Below, in pieces: positions 25,022 through 36,390 of a stretch of DNA of 64,000 nt. This DNA is from Harriotta raleighana (taxonomy: Eukaryota). The stretch is from contig JBNZDD010013718.1 of the NCBI GenBank assembly GCA_050575255.1, forward strand, positions 2,968,113 to 3,032,112, in the 5' to 3' direction. Numbering within the stretch: the stretch's first letter is position 1; each line of letters opens with the position of its first letter. Made by a program: the position numbers and the translations under genes. The notes below the pieces were generated by a model. That model was not told the DNA's origin and searched no databases. It saw only the letters and a program-made list of their open reading frames with translations.

Positions 25022-25217
25022 GGCCAGCTGATAGGAGAAGCTGTATGATGAGCCAAGGTGGAATCCCTGCCAATTTTTCCTCCCTCTTGTTGGCTGAGTA
25101 CCTTCCTGTGTTGCAATGCTGCACACAATGACCCTGAGAGGATCAGTGACTCACAATTGCTGGGCAATACCCAGAGTCAAAATCCTACCAAACTCCAGAT
25201 GAACCTGGGTAGACCAA

Positions 25218-25385
25218 AACCAACAACAGATTGCTTTTCATGTTGGGAGGACGCCCCTGGACAGTCAAGGGTTTTCCACCCGAGTAGGATGTTGGAATCA
25301 GGAGGGGTGGAGGGCAAGGGGGAGATGGGTGGGAGGATTGATTACTGAAGGCGTGGTCAAAGAGGAAAGTCTTGAGACATGATAT
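25218..25385 (-). mobile_element. L2 3' end fragment
   Basis: aacaacaacag...gggaggacgccc...G-rich tract...tgaaggcgtggtcaaagaggaaagtcttgag; the reverse complement encodes LKTFLFDHAF. Confidence 0.8.
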
Positions 25386-25517
25386 TATAGCTTGCATCTC
25401 CAGGCAGATATCTACTGCACAATCATACACTTTGGAAGCATTCCTACCAACAATTGTTGAAGTTAGAATCAAATGGTCATAAAACATGACGGTTCCTTCT
25501 GTAAAGTCTTTACTGAA

Positions 25518-25572
25518 GTTTGTTTGGAACGTGTCCCATTCCCGTCAGGAATGGGACACGTTCCAAACAAAC
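25518..25572. repeat. Perfect inverted repeat, 25-bp arms, 5-nt loop
   Basis: gtttgtttggaacgtgtcccattcc (25518-25542), loop cgtca, ggaatgggacacgttccaaacaaac (25548-25572). Confidence 0.97.
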
Positions 25573-26088
25573 AGAAGCATGTCACTCCAACCTGTGGGAA
25601 CTCTACTCTGACTTGATCTGGTTCTGATAGTTTTCATATGTCATATTTGTTGTTCGAGGAGGGCCTAAGAGATCGCAATGAAGGATTCTGTTACAAACTG
25701 CTGTGTCTTAAACCCCCACCCACCCCACTCTAAAAATACCTAAATCCACCCGCAAAATAGATAATCAATTCACGTTACACTATATTTTGCGCACAACATG
25801 TTAAGGAACTATATCAAATGAAAGGATTATTACTATATTATTAGAAATGAAACTTTTATTTGTTATACTGTATGCTGTACAGCACTGTTGACATGCGCTG
25901 TGCACTCTTCAGGTGTCAGAAGAAATACAGATGTGTGTTTATTACACTATTGACAGGTATTCCATTGATGGGTTGCCCTGTAATAATTAACCTTTCTGGC
26001 ATTATTTTCTCTGCCAAGGATGTGCTATTGATTCCTAATTGTTTTATTTAAAAATACAAACACTCTCATTTCCTAATTCTTCTTTCTC

Positions 26089-26400
26089 GTGGAGTCCTGT
26101 GGCTGAGTGGTTAGAGCACTTGCCTTACAAGCGAGAGACTTGACTTCAATTCCAGGCAGGACAAAACCTTGGGCAAGTATCCTTACTCCACATGCCTAAT
26201 AATAACCCTATATATAAAAAAAATTAGTCATTTTAATCCATGACTGTTTGTCGGGACATTGAGGTGCGCATTTGGCTGCCGCATTTTAACCACAAATTAT
26301 ACAATCAATTTACTTGATAGTACTGTATATACGGTGAAGCACTTTGAGAGGTGTAGAAGACAAAGACATATCAAATGCAAGGATTATTATTATTATTATT
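26089..26400 (+). mobile_element. Full-length tRNA-derived SINE
   Basis: gtggagtcctgtggctgagtggttagagcacttgccttacaagcgag...aaccttgggcaag...tcaaatgcaagg(att)n. Confidence 0.93.
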
Positions 26401-27617
26401 TAAAAGTACACAAGCATTTATTTTAAAAAAGAAACATTTTGGTTTCATGACATCTCACCATCTGGAGTCAAGCAAAGCATCAATTATAATCACGAAAATG
26501 TCATGTTCTATTCCACTGCCTCACCCTTATCGTACAAGGTATGGATCCAAAAGTATGTTCCTAGAGAAAGTGAACAATGAATCCTTCTCTACAAATTCCC
26601 TGTAAGTTCAAGGAGCTAAGTCCAGATAGAGGTTAGGTATTGAAATTCTGCTGGTATCGTTAATTCCTTGAATCAAGTCCCTGGCTAACTCACCAGTCCT
26701 GCAATAAATCCTTACAATGGGGAAACCTATTATAAGTACACATCACAAGAGATACTTTACCTGTGCCCCATTCCATTACTACCCAGTAGTATTGATGCAT
26801 CAGTTGAGCCCTGCACCCAATTCAGGTTGACTGCTGCAATATACCTCTGTTTTATATGGGATTTTCCAACATTAAAAAATTAGGTAGAGTATAAAAATTC
26901 ATTAACAAAAATGTTATTCCCATTCTTTAAATGATATAAAAAATTAACTGGTGTTCACTGTGGTATTATAGTAATATCAACAACAACAAAATTACATTTG
27001 TATAGCGCCTTCCATGCATTTGGTATGATTACCTGCGCAGGCACCAAAAAATGCCACCTTTTTACATGTTTTGTCTTAAAATGTAGGGAGAACTTCAATT
27101 CAGCTTCGAACAGCATTTTGGAAGCCGGTTCTATTTAAGAAAACCAACTTGAACATGTCTGAATTCAAGAGTTTTTCACAAACCTGCAAGGCCCGAAATT
27201 GTAAGACAAAGTGGTCTCATACATGGAATTTGAATGTGTTGTTTTATTTTTCAAAAATCGGTTCATTAGATAAACCTCGCAATCTTGTTAATGATGTGTC
27301 ACCAAATATGGGAAGGACTTGGAGAAGCAGAGAGCGCATTAATTGCATTAATCCCACTGGCGTCGACGTGAGGTGGCTGTAAATGTTTTCTGGAATGCTG
27401 NTGCTGTACAGCACTGTTGACATGCGCTGTGCACTCTTCAGGTGTCAGAAGAAATACAGATGTGTGTTTATTACACTATTGACAGGTATTCCATTGATGG
27501 GTTGCCCTGTAATAATTAACCTTTCTGGCATTATTTTCTCTGCCAAGGATGTGCTATTGATTCCTAATTGTTTTATTTAAAAATACAAACACTCTCATTT
27601 CCTAATTCTTCTTTCTC

Positions 27618-27929
27618 GTGGAGTCCTGTGGCTGAGTGGTTAGAGCACTTGCCTTACAAGCGAGAGACTTGACTTCAATTCCAGGCAGGACAAAACCTTG
27701 GGCAAGTATCCTTACTCCACATGCCTAATAATAACCCTATATATAAAAAAAATTAGTCATTTTAATCCATGACTGTTTGTCGGGACATTGAGGTGCGCAT
27801 TTGGCTGCCGCATTTTAACCACAAATTATACAATCAATTTACTTGATAGTACTGTATATACGGTGAAGCACTTTGAGAGGTGTAGAAGACAAAGACATAT
27901 CAAATGCAAGGATTATTATTATTATTATT
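27618..27929 (+). mobile_element. Second copy of the 26089 SINE, inside the probable false duplication
   Basis: Same sequence as 26089-26400 at offset 1529. Confidence 0.9.
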
Positions 27930-29600
27930 TAAAAGTACACAAGCATTTATTTTAAAAAAGAAACATTTTGGTTTCATGACATCTCACCATCTGGAGTCAA
28001 GCAAAGCATCAATTATAATCACGAAAATGTCATGTTCTATTCCACTGCCTCACCCTTATCGTACAAGGTATGGATCCAAAAGTATGTTCCTAGAGAAAGT
28101 GAACAATGAATCCTTCTCTACAAATTCCCTGTAAGTTCAAGGAGCTAAGTCCAGATAGAGGTTAGGTATTGAAATTCTGCTGGTATCGTTAATTCCTTGA
28201 ATCAAGTCCCTGGCTAACTCACCAGTCCTGCAATAAATCCTTACAATGGGGAAACCTATTATAAGTACACATCACAAGAGATACTTTACCTGTGCCCCAT
28301 TCCATTACTACCCAGTAGTATTGATGCATCAGTTGAGCCCTGCACCCAATTCAGGTTGACTGCTGCAATATACCTCTGTTTTATATGGGATTTTCCAACA
28401 TTAAAAAATTAGGTAGAGTATAAAAATTCATTAACAAAAATGTTATTCCCATTCTTTAAATGATATAAAAAATTAACTGGTGTTCACTGTGGTATTATAG
28501 TAATATCAACAACAACAAAATTACATTTGTATAGCGCCTTCCATGCATTTGGTATGATTACCTGCGCAGGCACCAAAAAATGCCACCTTTTTACATGTTT
28601 TGTCTTAAAATGTAGGGAGAACTTCAATTCAGCTTCGAACAGCATTTTGGAAGCCGGTTCTATTTAAGAAAACCAACTTGAACATGTCTGAATTCAAGAG
28701 TTTTTCACAAACCTGCAAGGCCCGAAATTGTAAGACAAAGTGGTCTCATACATGGAATTTGAATGTGTTGTTTTATTTTTCAAAAATCGGTTCATTAGAT
28801 AAACCTCGCAATCTTGTTAATGATGTGTCACCAAATATGGGAAGGACTTGGAGAAGCAGAGAGCGCATTAATTGCATTAATCCCACTGGCGTCGACGTGA
28901 GGTGGCTGTAAATGTTTTCTGGAATGCTGGGGAGACATGGTGTGGGAGGAGATGTCAAAGAGGAGCAGTGTTTTTTTTTATGAGGAGAACGCTGCAGAGC
29001 CAAGAGTAAGGGTCTCAATATATCAGCTGTGACCTGCTTCTCACTGTCTCTCACTCAGTGTTTCAGACTGCAGCAGCTGGTAACCCCAATACAAAGGCAG
29101 AGAGTGGTGGGTGGGAGCCAGCAACGTGTCTCTGTGTCTCTGTGTTTCTGTTCGGCTCTGGGCTATTCATACAAGAACATCTTTCCTAACAAACCTGAGG
29201 GAAACATAATGGAATAAGCTGACCCGATACCCACTCACCTTCGTCAGTGGGGAAAAACTTGGGAATGTTAGATTCAGATGAGTTTGTTAATCAGGGCAGA
29301 TACTGCAGACATACTTAGAAAGGACGAGTCATGAGGAAGTCTCATCAATGTAATTTTGTCATTAGTTACACAACTTCTATTCTGTTGGGAAGTACATCGT
29401 GTCTCACTGGCTGGCTCACAGGAAAAAAAACATCCTGTTTCAAATCAATTCCGAGCAGATCTTGCTGTCCCTCTCATCTTTTGCAAACGAACCTTGCTTT
29501 GAAATGCCAGATTTTATCTGACTCACTCTGAGAAGAGACTAACTTTGATTTGAGATGCACTAAAGCATGAGAGAGTTTGGTGCCATTTCAATGTTTTAAG

Positions 29601-29955
29601 GTGTCAGCCTTGGCTCAGTTGGCAGCATTCTCGTTTTGAGTCAAAAGGTTCTGGGTTGAAGCCCCATGTTGGAACCCTGAACTTACATAGTTTAGGCTAA
29701 CACTAAATTGCAGTAGTGTAGTACACTGCATTATTAAAAGTACAGTTATTCAGATGAGGCATCAAACCAAGGACCCATCTCTCTGTTCAACAGTTAAAGA
29801 TCTTATTGTACTATTCGATAAGAGGATATTTCTCCCAGCGTCATGCCCAAAAATCCCCCAAATAAAATTGTCCATTCACTTCTTGGCTATTTGTGGGACA
29901 ATGAAACAAGTAAAAATTAGCTCCCGTACTTGCCTTCAAAATGCACAGTACCTTT
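29601..29955 (+). mobile_element. Near full-length Deu-domain SINE (SacSINE1-like)
   Basis: Head gtcagccttggctcagttggcagcattctcg...gagtcaaaaggttctgggttgaagcccca; Deu-like ttcagatgaggcatcaaaccaaggacccatct; then ggctatttgtgggac. Confidence 0.8.
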
Positions 29956-31224
29956 TACTATATATACTGTTCGATCAATGTAAAGATTCCTTCATCTTCT
30001 ACTAAAGTATTTTATATTTATTAATTCAGGTTTATTCTTTATGATACATCTGTGAGCATATACATAGCACAATTAAATAAAAATTATTAAATTAATAACA
30101 GCAATATGAATACATCCTTTTTAAAGAAACGTGTAACAATTATTCCCCTTTCATAGTCTTCCATATATTTGCTCTTTTTGTCTACCAATCTATGTGGGAA
30201 GATGGAGATATTTGCATTTCAAACAGCAATTAATGTCCCCTGTTTCCTTTATTGCATTTCACTTTCCACTCTCACACAACAATACTTCCGATAGCAAAAA
30301 AACATCTAATTGCAATATTGCCATCCGAGCCTCGAGTAGTTAATGGTATAATATGTGTATGTGTGTGGTATGCGCTGGTTGTGTAATGATTAGTCAATTA
30401 ATTGATTGTTAATTAGAATAATTGCAGTCTCGGCAATAAAAATCCCCAATTCCCACACTCCTTCTCGTGCTGATCCATCAGTTTGTGTGAAGGACGGTAT
30501 GTGCACGCACGTATCATTTTAACAATACTGTGATTTTCATTTATAATAAAACAGTGAAATATACACAGACATATCACAAATATTCTGTCCTACTACTCTC
30601 TGGAATTAGGTAAACAGAGAGAATATGAGCATTCCATTCCAGACACTGGGAAATTTTCATTGCATGGGTGGCAAGCATTTGTGGTTTTCTTAATATGGAT
30701 TGGATACCCTTAATCATGAATTTCTACATGTTTCAGACACCCAACTGACTAAAAAAATCTTTGTGGTATATTACATTTCAAGCCGTGCCAACAGTAAAGT
30801 TAAACATAATTCCTTTTTCTTTTTAGCCTTGTTAGCTCAGCCACACAACTAACAGTCTAGTTGGTCACACTAACCCGAGTTTTGAGTGGAACAATTTTGG
30901 CGAGATGTTATACCTCACGCATTCAGAAATGCTCTCAATTTGACGGAAGATAAAAATATATTCTTAGCTAAATCATAGAGCGATGTGTGCCATTGTTTAA
31001 GTGCTGCTGAATTGTTTTGGATTGAAATCATGGCCAGTTTCTTTGGTTATGTGCTGGTATAAAAAGTGGGAAGATCATTGCAACAAAGTGAGTGAATGGA
31101 TCTTCGGAATTTAAGATCTTCAGAATCAAAAGTTACGTTTGATCTTTAGAATTAAGGGTTAAGATTTTGGCCTTGCGTTGTATGTGGTTGTAATATATCT
31201 CCCGGAGATTTTTCTAACATTCTT

Positions 31225-31390
31225 ATAATAATAGTAAATAATAACAATTCTTGCATTTGATACAGCATCTTATCATGTCTTCAAGACATCTCAAAGCGCT
31301 TCACAGGATATACTGTGAAGTGTAGTGTCTTTGGTTTGTGGGCGAAATGCGGCAGCCAATTGTGCGCAGCGGTGTCCCACAAACAGTCTT
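31225..31390 (-). mobile_element. 5'-truncated SINE 3' half
   Basis: ttcttgcatttgatacagc...ctcaaagcgcttcacagg...gcggcagccaattgtgcgcagcggtgtcccacaaacagtc. Confidence 0.9.
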
Positions 31391-32109
31391 GACACCGACA
31401 AGTCTTGACACTCACTTTGGAGCTCTCACTCGTTTTAGGTGCAGGTTTGCTACATCGGACTTTGATACCATCACCTCACAGTGAGATGGCATATGCAGTA
31501 CAGCAGTCCTGTTACACGCATGAGTCAAAACAAGACATTTGTAATGAAACAAACCGTAAACCGTACTGCTGAGAGAAACAAAGGGCCAGATACTCATATC
31601 CTTCACCAGAAATTAATTTCCTGGTAGTCGCAAGGTACATGTATTTTTCTTTCTGCTTGTCCTTCTTTACCGTAGTTCAGCTGTTTGTTAAAACTGTTTT
31701 TCTGCCTGATTTGTCAGAGCAAGAATCCTGACACCTCTGATCCTTCTTGCCAAGAACATTAAGTATCCAAAAGTGATAAAGCTTCAATTTGCTAGACCAT
31801 TAGACTAATTACTGAAATAATTAAGTAACTACTTGATTAGAACTAATGGGTACCTAATTATGCAGGAAAAAGTATCAGGTGGTTAATTAATAGAGTGGAG
31901 TTGGTGCTATATGACTTAACGGTAACAAGTAAAATAGGAAAGAGAAACAAAAGTTAGCCCAAATCTCATTAAATGGAGCTCATTCATTCAGTTGGAGATC
32001 AAACCAGAGACTGGCTCCTTTATAAAATGCTGCGTCAGTGTTATACTGTAGTTAGTTATTTAATTTTGCAATGCATATCAAGCCCAAACTTTCCTTTGTC
32101 ACTGGATTT

Positions 32110-32272
32110 AGTCCCTGTTCACTTCAGTAAGGCTATTTGTTGGAGACTGCTGAGTGCAAATCAGCCACTGTGTTTGACTACAAAATGTACAGTTACTACA
32201 CTCAATACATCCTTTGACATGCTATGAGATGTTCTCCTGACGTGAAAGGCTGCATCAAATTTAAGGAACTTA
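32110..32272 (+). mobile_element. 5'-truncated SINE 3' half
   Basis: ggctatttgttggagactgctgagtgcaaatcagcc...gacgtgaaaggctgcatcaaatttaagg. Confidence 0.7.
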
Positions 32273-34351
32273 ATTTTTTATAAGTGACTTCTTACAAGAC
32301 ACCATCCTGCAAAGGGATTTGGGATTCACTAGGCATGGCAGGGTTGAAAAGATTGTAATAGATTTTTTTTTGCGAAATGTATTGAATTTAGCAAATATTA
32401 AAAGAATGATTGATTGATTGATTAATTAAACTAGAATCAATGCATTCTTATCTCAGCCTCTCTGCTGCCTGGCTGCTGCCGTCCTCAAATCTAGCAAGGT
32501 TGCCGAATGTCTGGATTACACTGTGGACATGGTCTTGTGCTTTGTGCAAGTCGTAACACTGAAAAATATCAGTAACATAGAAAACATGGCAATAGTAATT
32601 ACCTGAATCATTGCTCTTTCAGTCTCCATGTAACATAGGTGATTCAATGCACATCTCCCATTTGGAATTATTAAACACCTGTACAAAGTCTTACACAAAC
32701 CAAATCTGGTGTTTAAAGTACTTTTTTTTGTCTGTGGTCATTTACAGAATTGTCTTGCATTGCCCTGTACTGCCCTGCCACTCAACTAGTTTTATTTCAA
32801 TTTCCCGAGCTCTTTGAAAATAAAATGCAGTGCTTCCCTTTTAATTGCAAGCAGTAACACAGAACACTTTAAGCAATTAACTAGGGAAGTCAATTAATCA
32901 AACGGGATGGCAGACGAATCAATATAATATTGTTCTTTTTATTACATTATATTGTACTGTGTTTTGGCAAGGGCTTTGTTCTGTACAGCTTATACCGTAA
33001 TAAAGTACTTCACTTGTTAATATTTTTAATACATTTTGTGTGCTCGGAATTGATCTTGCACCACAGTGACATTCTTTGTATTGAACTTCTCAGTTATTTT
33101 TACGGTAAATTTGTTCCTTTATGTATCTCCAACAGCTTTTCCCTGCCTGAGAATATAATCCCTGGCTTTCTTTTGGAAAGAAAGAAAATCTTTTCCGTCC
33201 TTTGATTTAAAGCAAATGATGCCACTTTCACAGTCATTGGTGTCTGAAATGCGACATTCCTTAAATAAGAAATCCAGGTGGGGATTGTGTCTGGTAACCA
33301 TGTTTAAATTAAGCCAGGTTCACGTAAAGTACTAGCAGCCTCTGGGCTTGCCTCCCCTACTAAAAAGAAACATCTGCTGAATTCTGTGAGTGGAAGGAAC
33401 CCATCTCCCAAACTCAGGCAGTGATCAGTCCCAACCCTACAGTTTAGGGCAGAATTCAAGAACACCTTTTAATTACAGTTTCTAGCCAGTCAGTATTATT
33501 AAAGGAAATAATGCCAGCTAATGTATGGAATGCATTTAGGAATTTTTCTCATCACAAATATGGCTGCCCACTATATACAAATGTCCGCCCACAACAACTT
33601 GCATTTATATAGAACCCTTTACCTGGGGCAGCATCTTAGATAACTAACCTCAACTCCTACAACTGTCCCTTAATGGTTCGGACCATCTTATTCTAAATCA
33701 GGCTTCTCTTCTGTCCTGCTTGGAATTAAAGGAAGAGGAAAAAGGTGATAAAATATCAGACAAATGATAGTAGTTAGTCTCTCACTGAACACAAGGTAGA
33801 TGGAGCTCAGAGATGAAGCTTCACGAATAGACAGAGCAACAGGAAGGTTTGATAAACAATAACATGATTTTTTTTCTTATTTCGCCATTTAGAAGAATCC
33901 AAAATGAAATGCTTGATGGGCAATGATTAACGCGACTGGAAATCGGGAATCAGTGCCTTCAGAATTTACTGGAAAAAAATCTGAAACAAAGAACATGGAG
34001 CTGGAAAGGAAACAATCCCACTTGGTGCAGTTAATTTCATATATGTGAGAATACAGAAAAATGTCAGTGGGTTGCTGCTCCCAGCTATGTACAGATGTAG
34101 CTTAACAAAGGATCTCATCATTTTGCATGGTGGGAGTTGGATCGAATGCATTGGCGCACTGGAGGGAGAAAGGCTGAGCGGAAATGAAAGACAGACAAAC
34201 AGAGGAATGCACGGTGGAGAAATTTAATAGGAGAAAATAAAGACAAGATACTGAAAATCGCACAAGGAAAAGCGGATGTTGAAAAACGAAGAGACTAACA
34301 GGAAAAGACAAATACAGAAAAAGAGCGAGTGGGAGAGATGAGAAGGATGAG

Positions 34352-34730
34352 AGATTGGGTGGGCATTCAATAAGTACATTGCCCTTTCACCTATGGGGCT
34401 TGGGTTTGAATCCTGTCCAGACTGATGGGATGAAAGTCTCCCCGCCAGCTGTAAAAATCCAATGTCAAATGTGTTTGGACAGTCGAGAGCGAATTCCTTA
34501 CATGGAGTAGCCCTATAGCACAAAACTGCCTGTTGTTTAACACTAATTGGCAATCTCTCTTGGAGAAACAACAGGATGGGAACTGCAAACAACATACTGC
34601 TCTGTTTCAGGGTTACTTTTCTGATTTTCTGACGCTGCACTGAAGGCAAAGTGTGGTGCATATTCCCACTGATCAATAATGTTACCAGCTTTGATAGTCC
34701 TAACAAGATTTGCCTATTGAAACTCTATCA
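34352..34730 (+). mobile_element. AmnSINE2-like ancient tRNA-head SINE
   Basis: ttgccctttcacctatggggcttgggtttgaatcctgtccagactgatgggatgaaagtctcc...cacaaaactgcc...acactaattggcaatctc resembles the recalled AmnSINE2-type consensus, including CACTAATTGGCA. Confidence 0.65.
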
Positions 34731-35256
34731 ACGAGAGAATTTCAACCTCGCTGCCGACCCCACCACCACTCCCCCTTATCGGTCAGTAAGTGCAACTTTA
34801 CTTTGCTTTTAACAACAACAATAACAGTAACAAAATTACACTTGTATAGTGCCTTTCACATCAAGAGGACGTCCCATGTGATTGATTTGGTACTTGATGG
34901 TGGAAACTGGATGTTAAAAGACAATTCTATTACCTAGAGCCTTCAATCTTCCCCTACAGAAAACATGACAGAAAGAAGTACTCCATGTTCCAATAAAAAC
35001 ATGAGCAAAATGGGAAAACAGACAGAGGAAAATTTAAAAAGCAAAATGGGGAGCAAAGAATATAATGGAAATAATAAACTGAATAGAATTATGAAATACT
35101 GTAACTTGAAAAATGATGACACTGAGACTCTAAGAACTAATCCATGGGATAAATAATCACCCGTTCACAACAAGTCACTCACTCAATATACCAACCAGTC
35201 AATTAATTTGTACAGTTCAGATGCTGTACTTTGGGTAACTAGTCAACTCTGATAAG

Positions 35257-35363
35257 ATGAAACAAAAACAGAAATCACTGGGAACACTCAGCGGGTCAGG
35301 TAGCATCTAAGGAGAAAGGAAAAATGAGTCAACGTTCCCGATCCACGACCCTTCACCAGAACG
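35257..35363. mobile_element. Penelope-like element terminal fragment
   Basis: aaaaacagaaatcactgggaacactcagcgggtcaggtagcatctaaggaga...caacgttcc...gacccttcaccagaac resembles the common chondrichthyan Penelope-like repeat. It is related to 38430-38540. Confidence 0.7.
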
Positions 35364-35439
35364 TCTGATAAGGTAGTTATTTGACTATTTCCTTTGGGCT
35401 GATGAGTTTTAGGGTCATCTTAGTTTTGTTTACGTTAGT

Positions 35440-36390
35440 GGCTTTAATGGGTGGCAAGTTATATTGGGAGAATGACTAGGAATATTCAGGAATATTGGCT
35501 AATGATTGGCATTTGCAAGAAGAACCTGGAAAGTCAGAATGGGAATCATGTTCAGATATCCAATATGAGGTTTCTGAGTTCTATATACAGTATAAAAGAG
35601 ATGAATGCTTAAAAGTATGTGTAAAAGTGAACCATACTTCTAGAAAATTTTATCTTATAAATGTTTTAATATTTTTCTTTGCTAATATTAAAATTGAAAT
35701 CACAGAAATTACTCACTGCATTTGTATTTGACAGAAATTGCATTAAAAGGCGAATGGGATGATAGAGAGCTGTGACAATAAAAAAAACACACGTTACTTT
35801 TTATTAATGATGTGAATGAACAGAAAAAATGAAGGAAGTACCAAACTTGTACCACATTAAGTGACAGAGTGCAGAACCGGTCATTAAAAATTAATTTAAT
35901 TTAATAAAAGAAAATCTAAATTCATAGAAAGATTGAAACATTATGCAATCTTCTAATTTGTTCTTGAGCTTTTGGATGTTGTGGGGGCAGAAGGCAGATT
36001 AAAAGAAAACATAACATATTTCATATCTTTATGAAATAATAATAATGATCAGAAGAATACGAAAAATGATGCTTTTTTGATCTACAGGCATTTTATTAAT
36101 GTTCCTATAATATCTGCCTCAAGGTTAGTCATAAATTAATGCGGAGAATGGAGATATAAATTTTTATGAGAATGAGTCATACATTATGTGCTTAAAAATG
36201 AAAGAATTACGGTGTTTCCAATCGGACATGGAATTGTTTAAAATCCATATTTATTCAAGCTGGTTATGAACAGGTTTATGCACAAGGAATGAGCTGCCCT
36301 CTCAAACCAAGAGGGATCCTTCGTGTGAGCTACACACTGACACAGATAACCTGCTGGATTTAATCAGTAAATCAGCAGAGGCTGCTTTGT
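35440..36390 (+). mobile_element. Possible highly decayed CR1 reverse-transcriptase region
   Basis: A-rich stretch with remnants such as tttttattaatgatgtg (FIND-like) and a CR1-like end. No intact frame. Confidence 0.4.

Larger units (their letters stand above)
25873..28929. other. 1528-bp tandem duplication around a single N (probable assembly artefact)
   Basis: 25873-27400 repeats at 27402-28929 (offset 1529; the ORF translations in the track are identical), with N at 27401. Confidence 0.92.

Noticed and set aside
24736-25167. Cys/Val-rich repeat-protein ORFs
   Set aside because: They are translations of (CA)n/(TG)n tracts doubled by the N-flanked duplication.
26089-26165. tRNA-Val(TAC) genes at SINE heads (also near 16639, 37796, 54291, 58302)
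   Set aside because: Each continues into the SINE body and (TTA)n tail, has an irregular T arm and carries copy-specific mutations.
25873-28929. Real recent segmental tandem duplication
   Set aside because: No visible differences between copies and a lone N exactly at the junction, a pattern repeated at 24935 and 40538, which points to unmerged contig overlaps.
31415-31645. Plus-strand exon between ttttag (31438) and caag|gtacat
   Set aside because: All three frames contain stops and the donor is weak.
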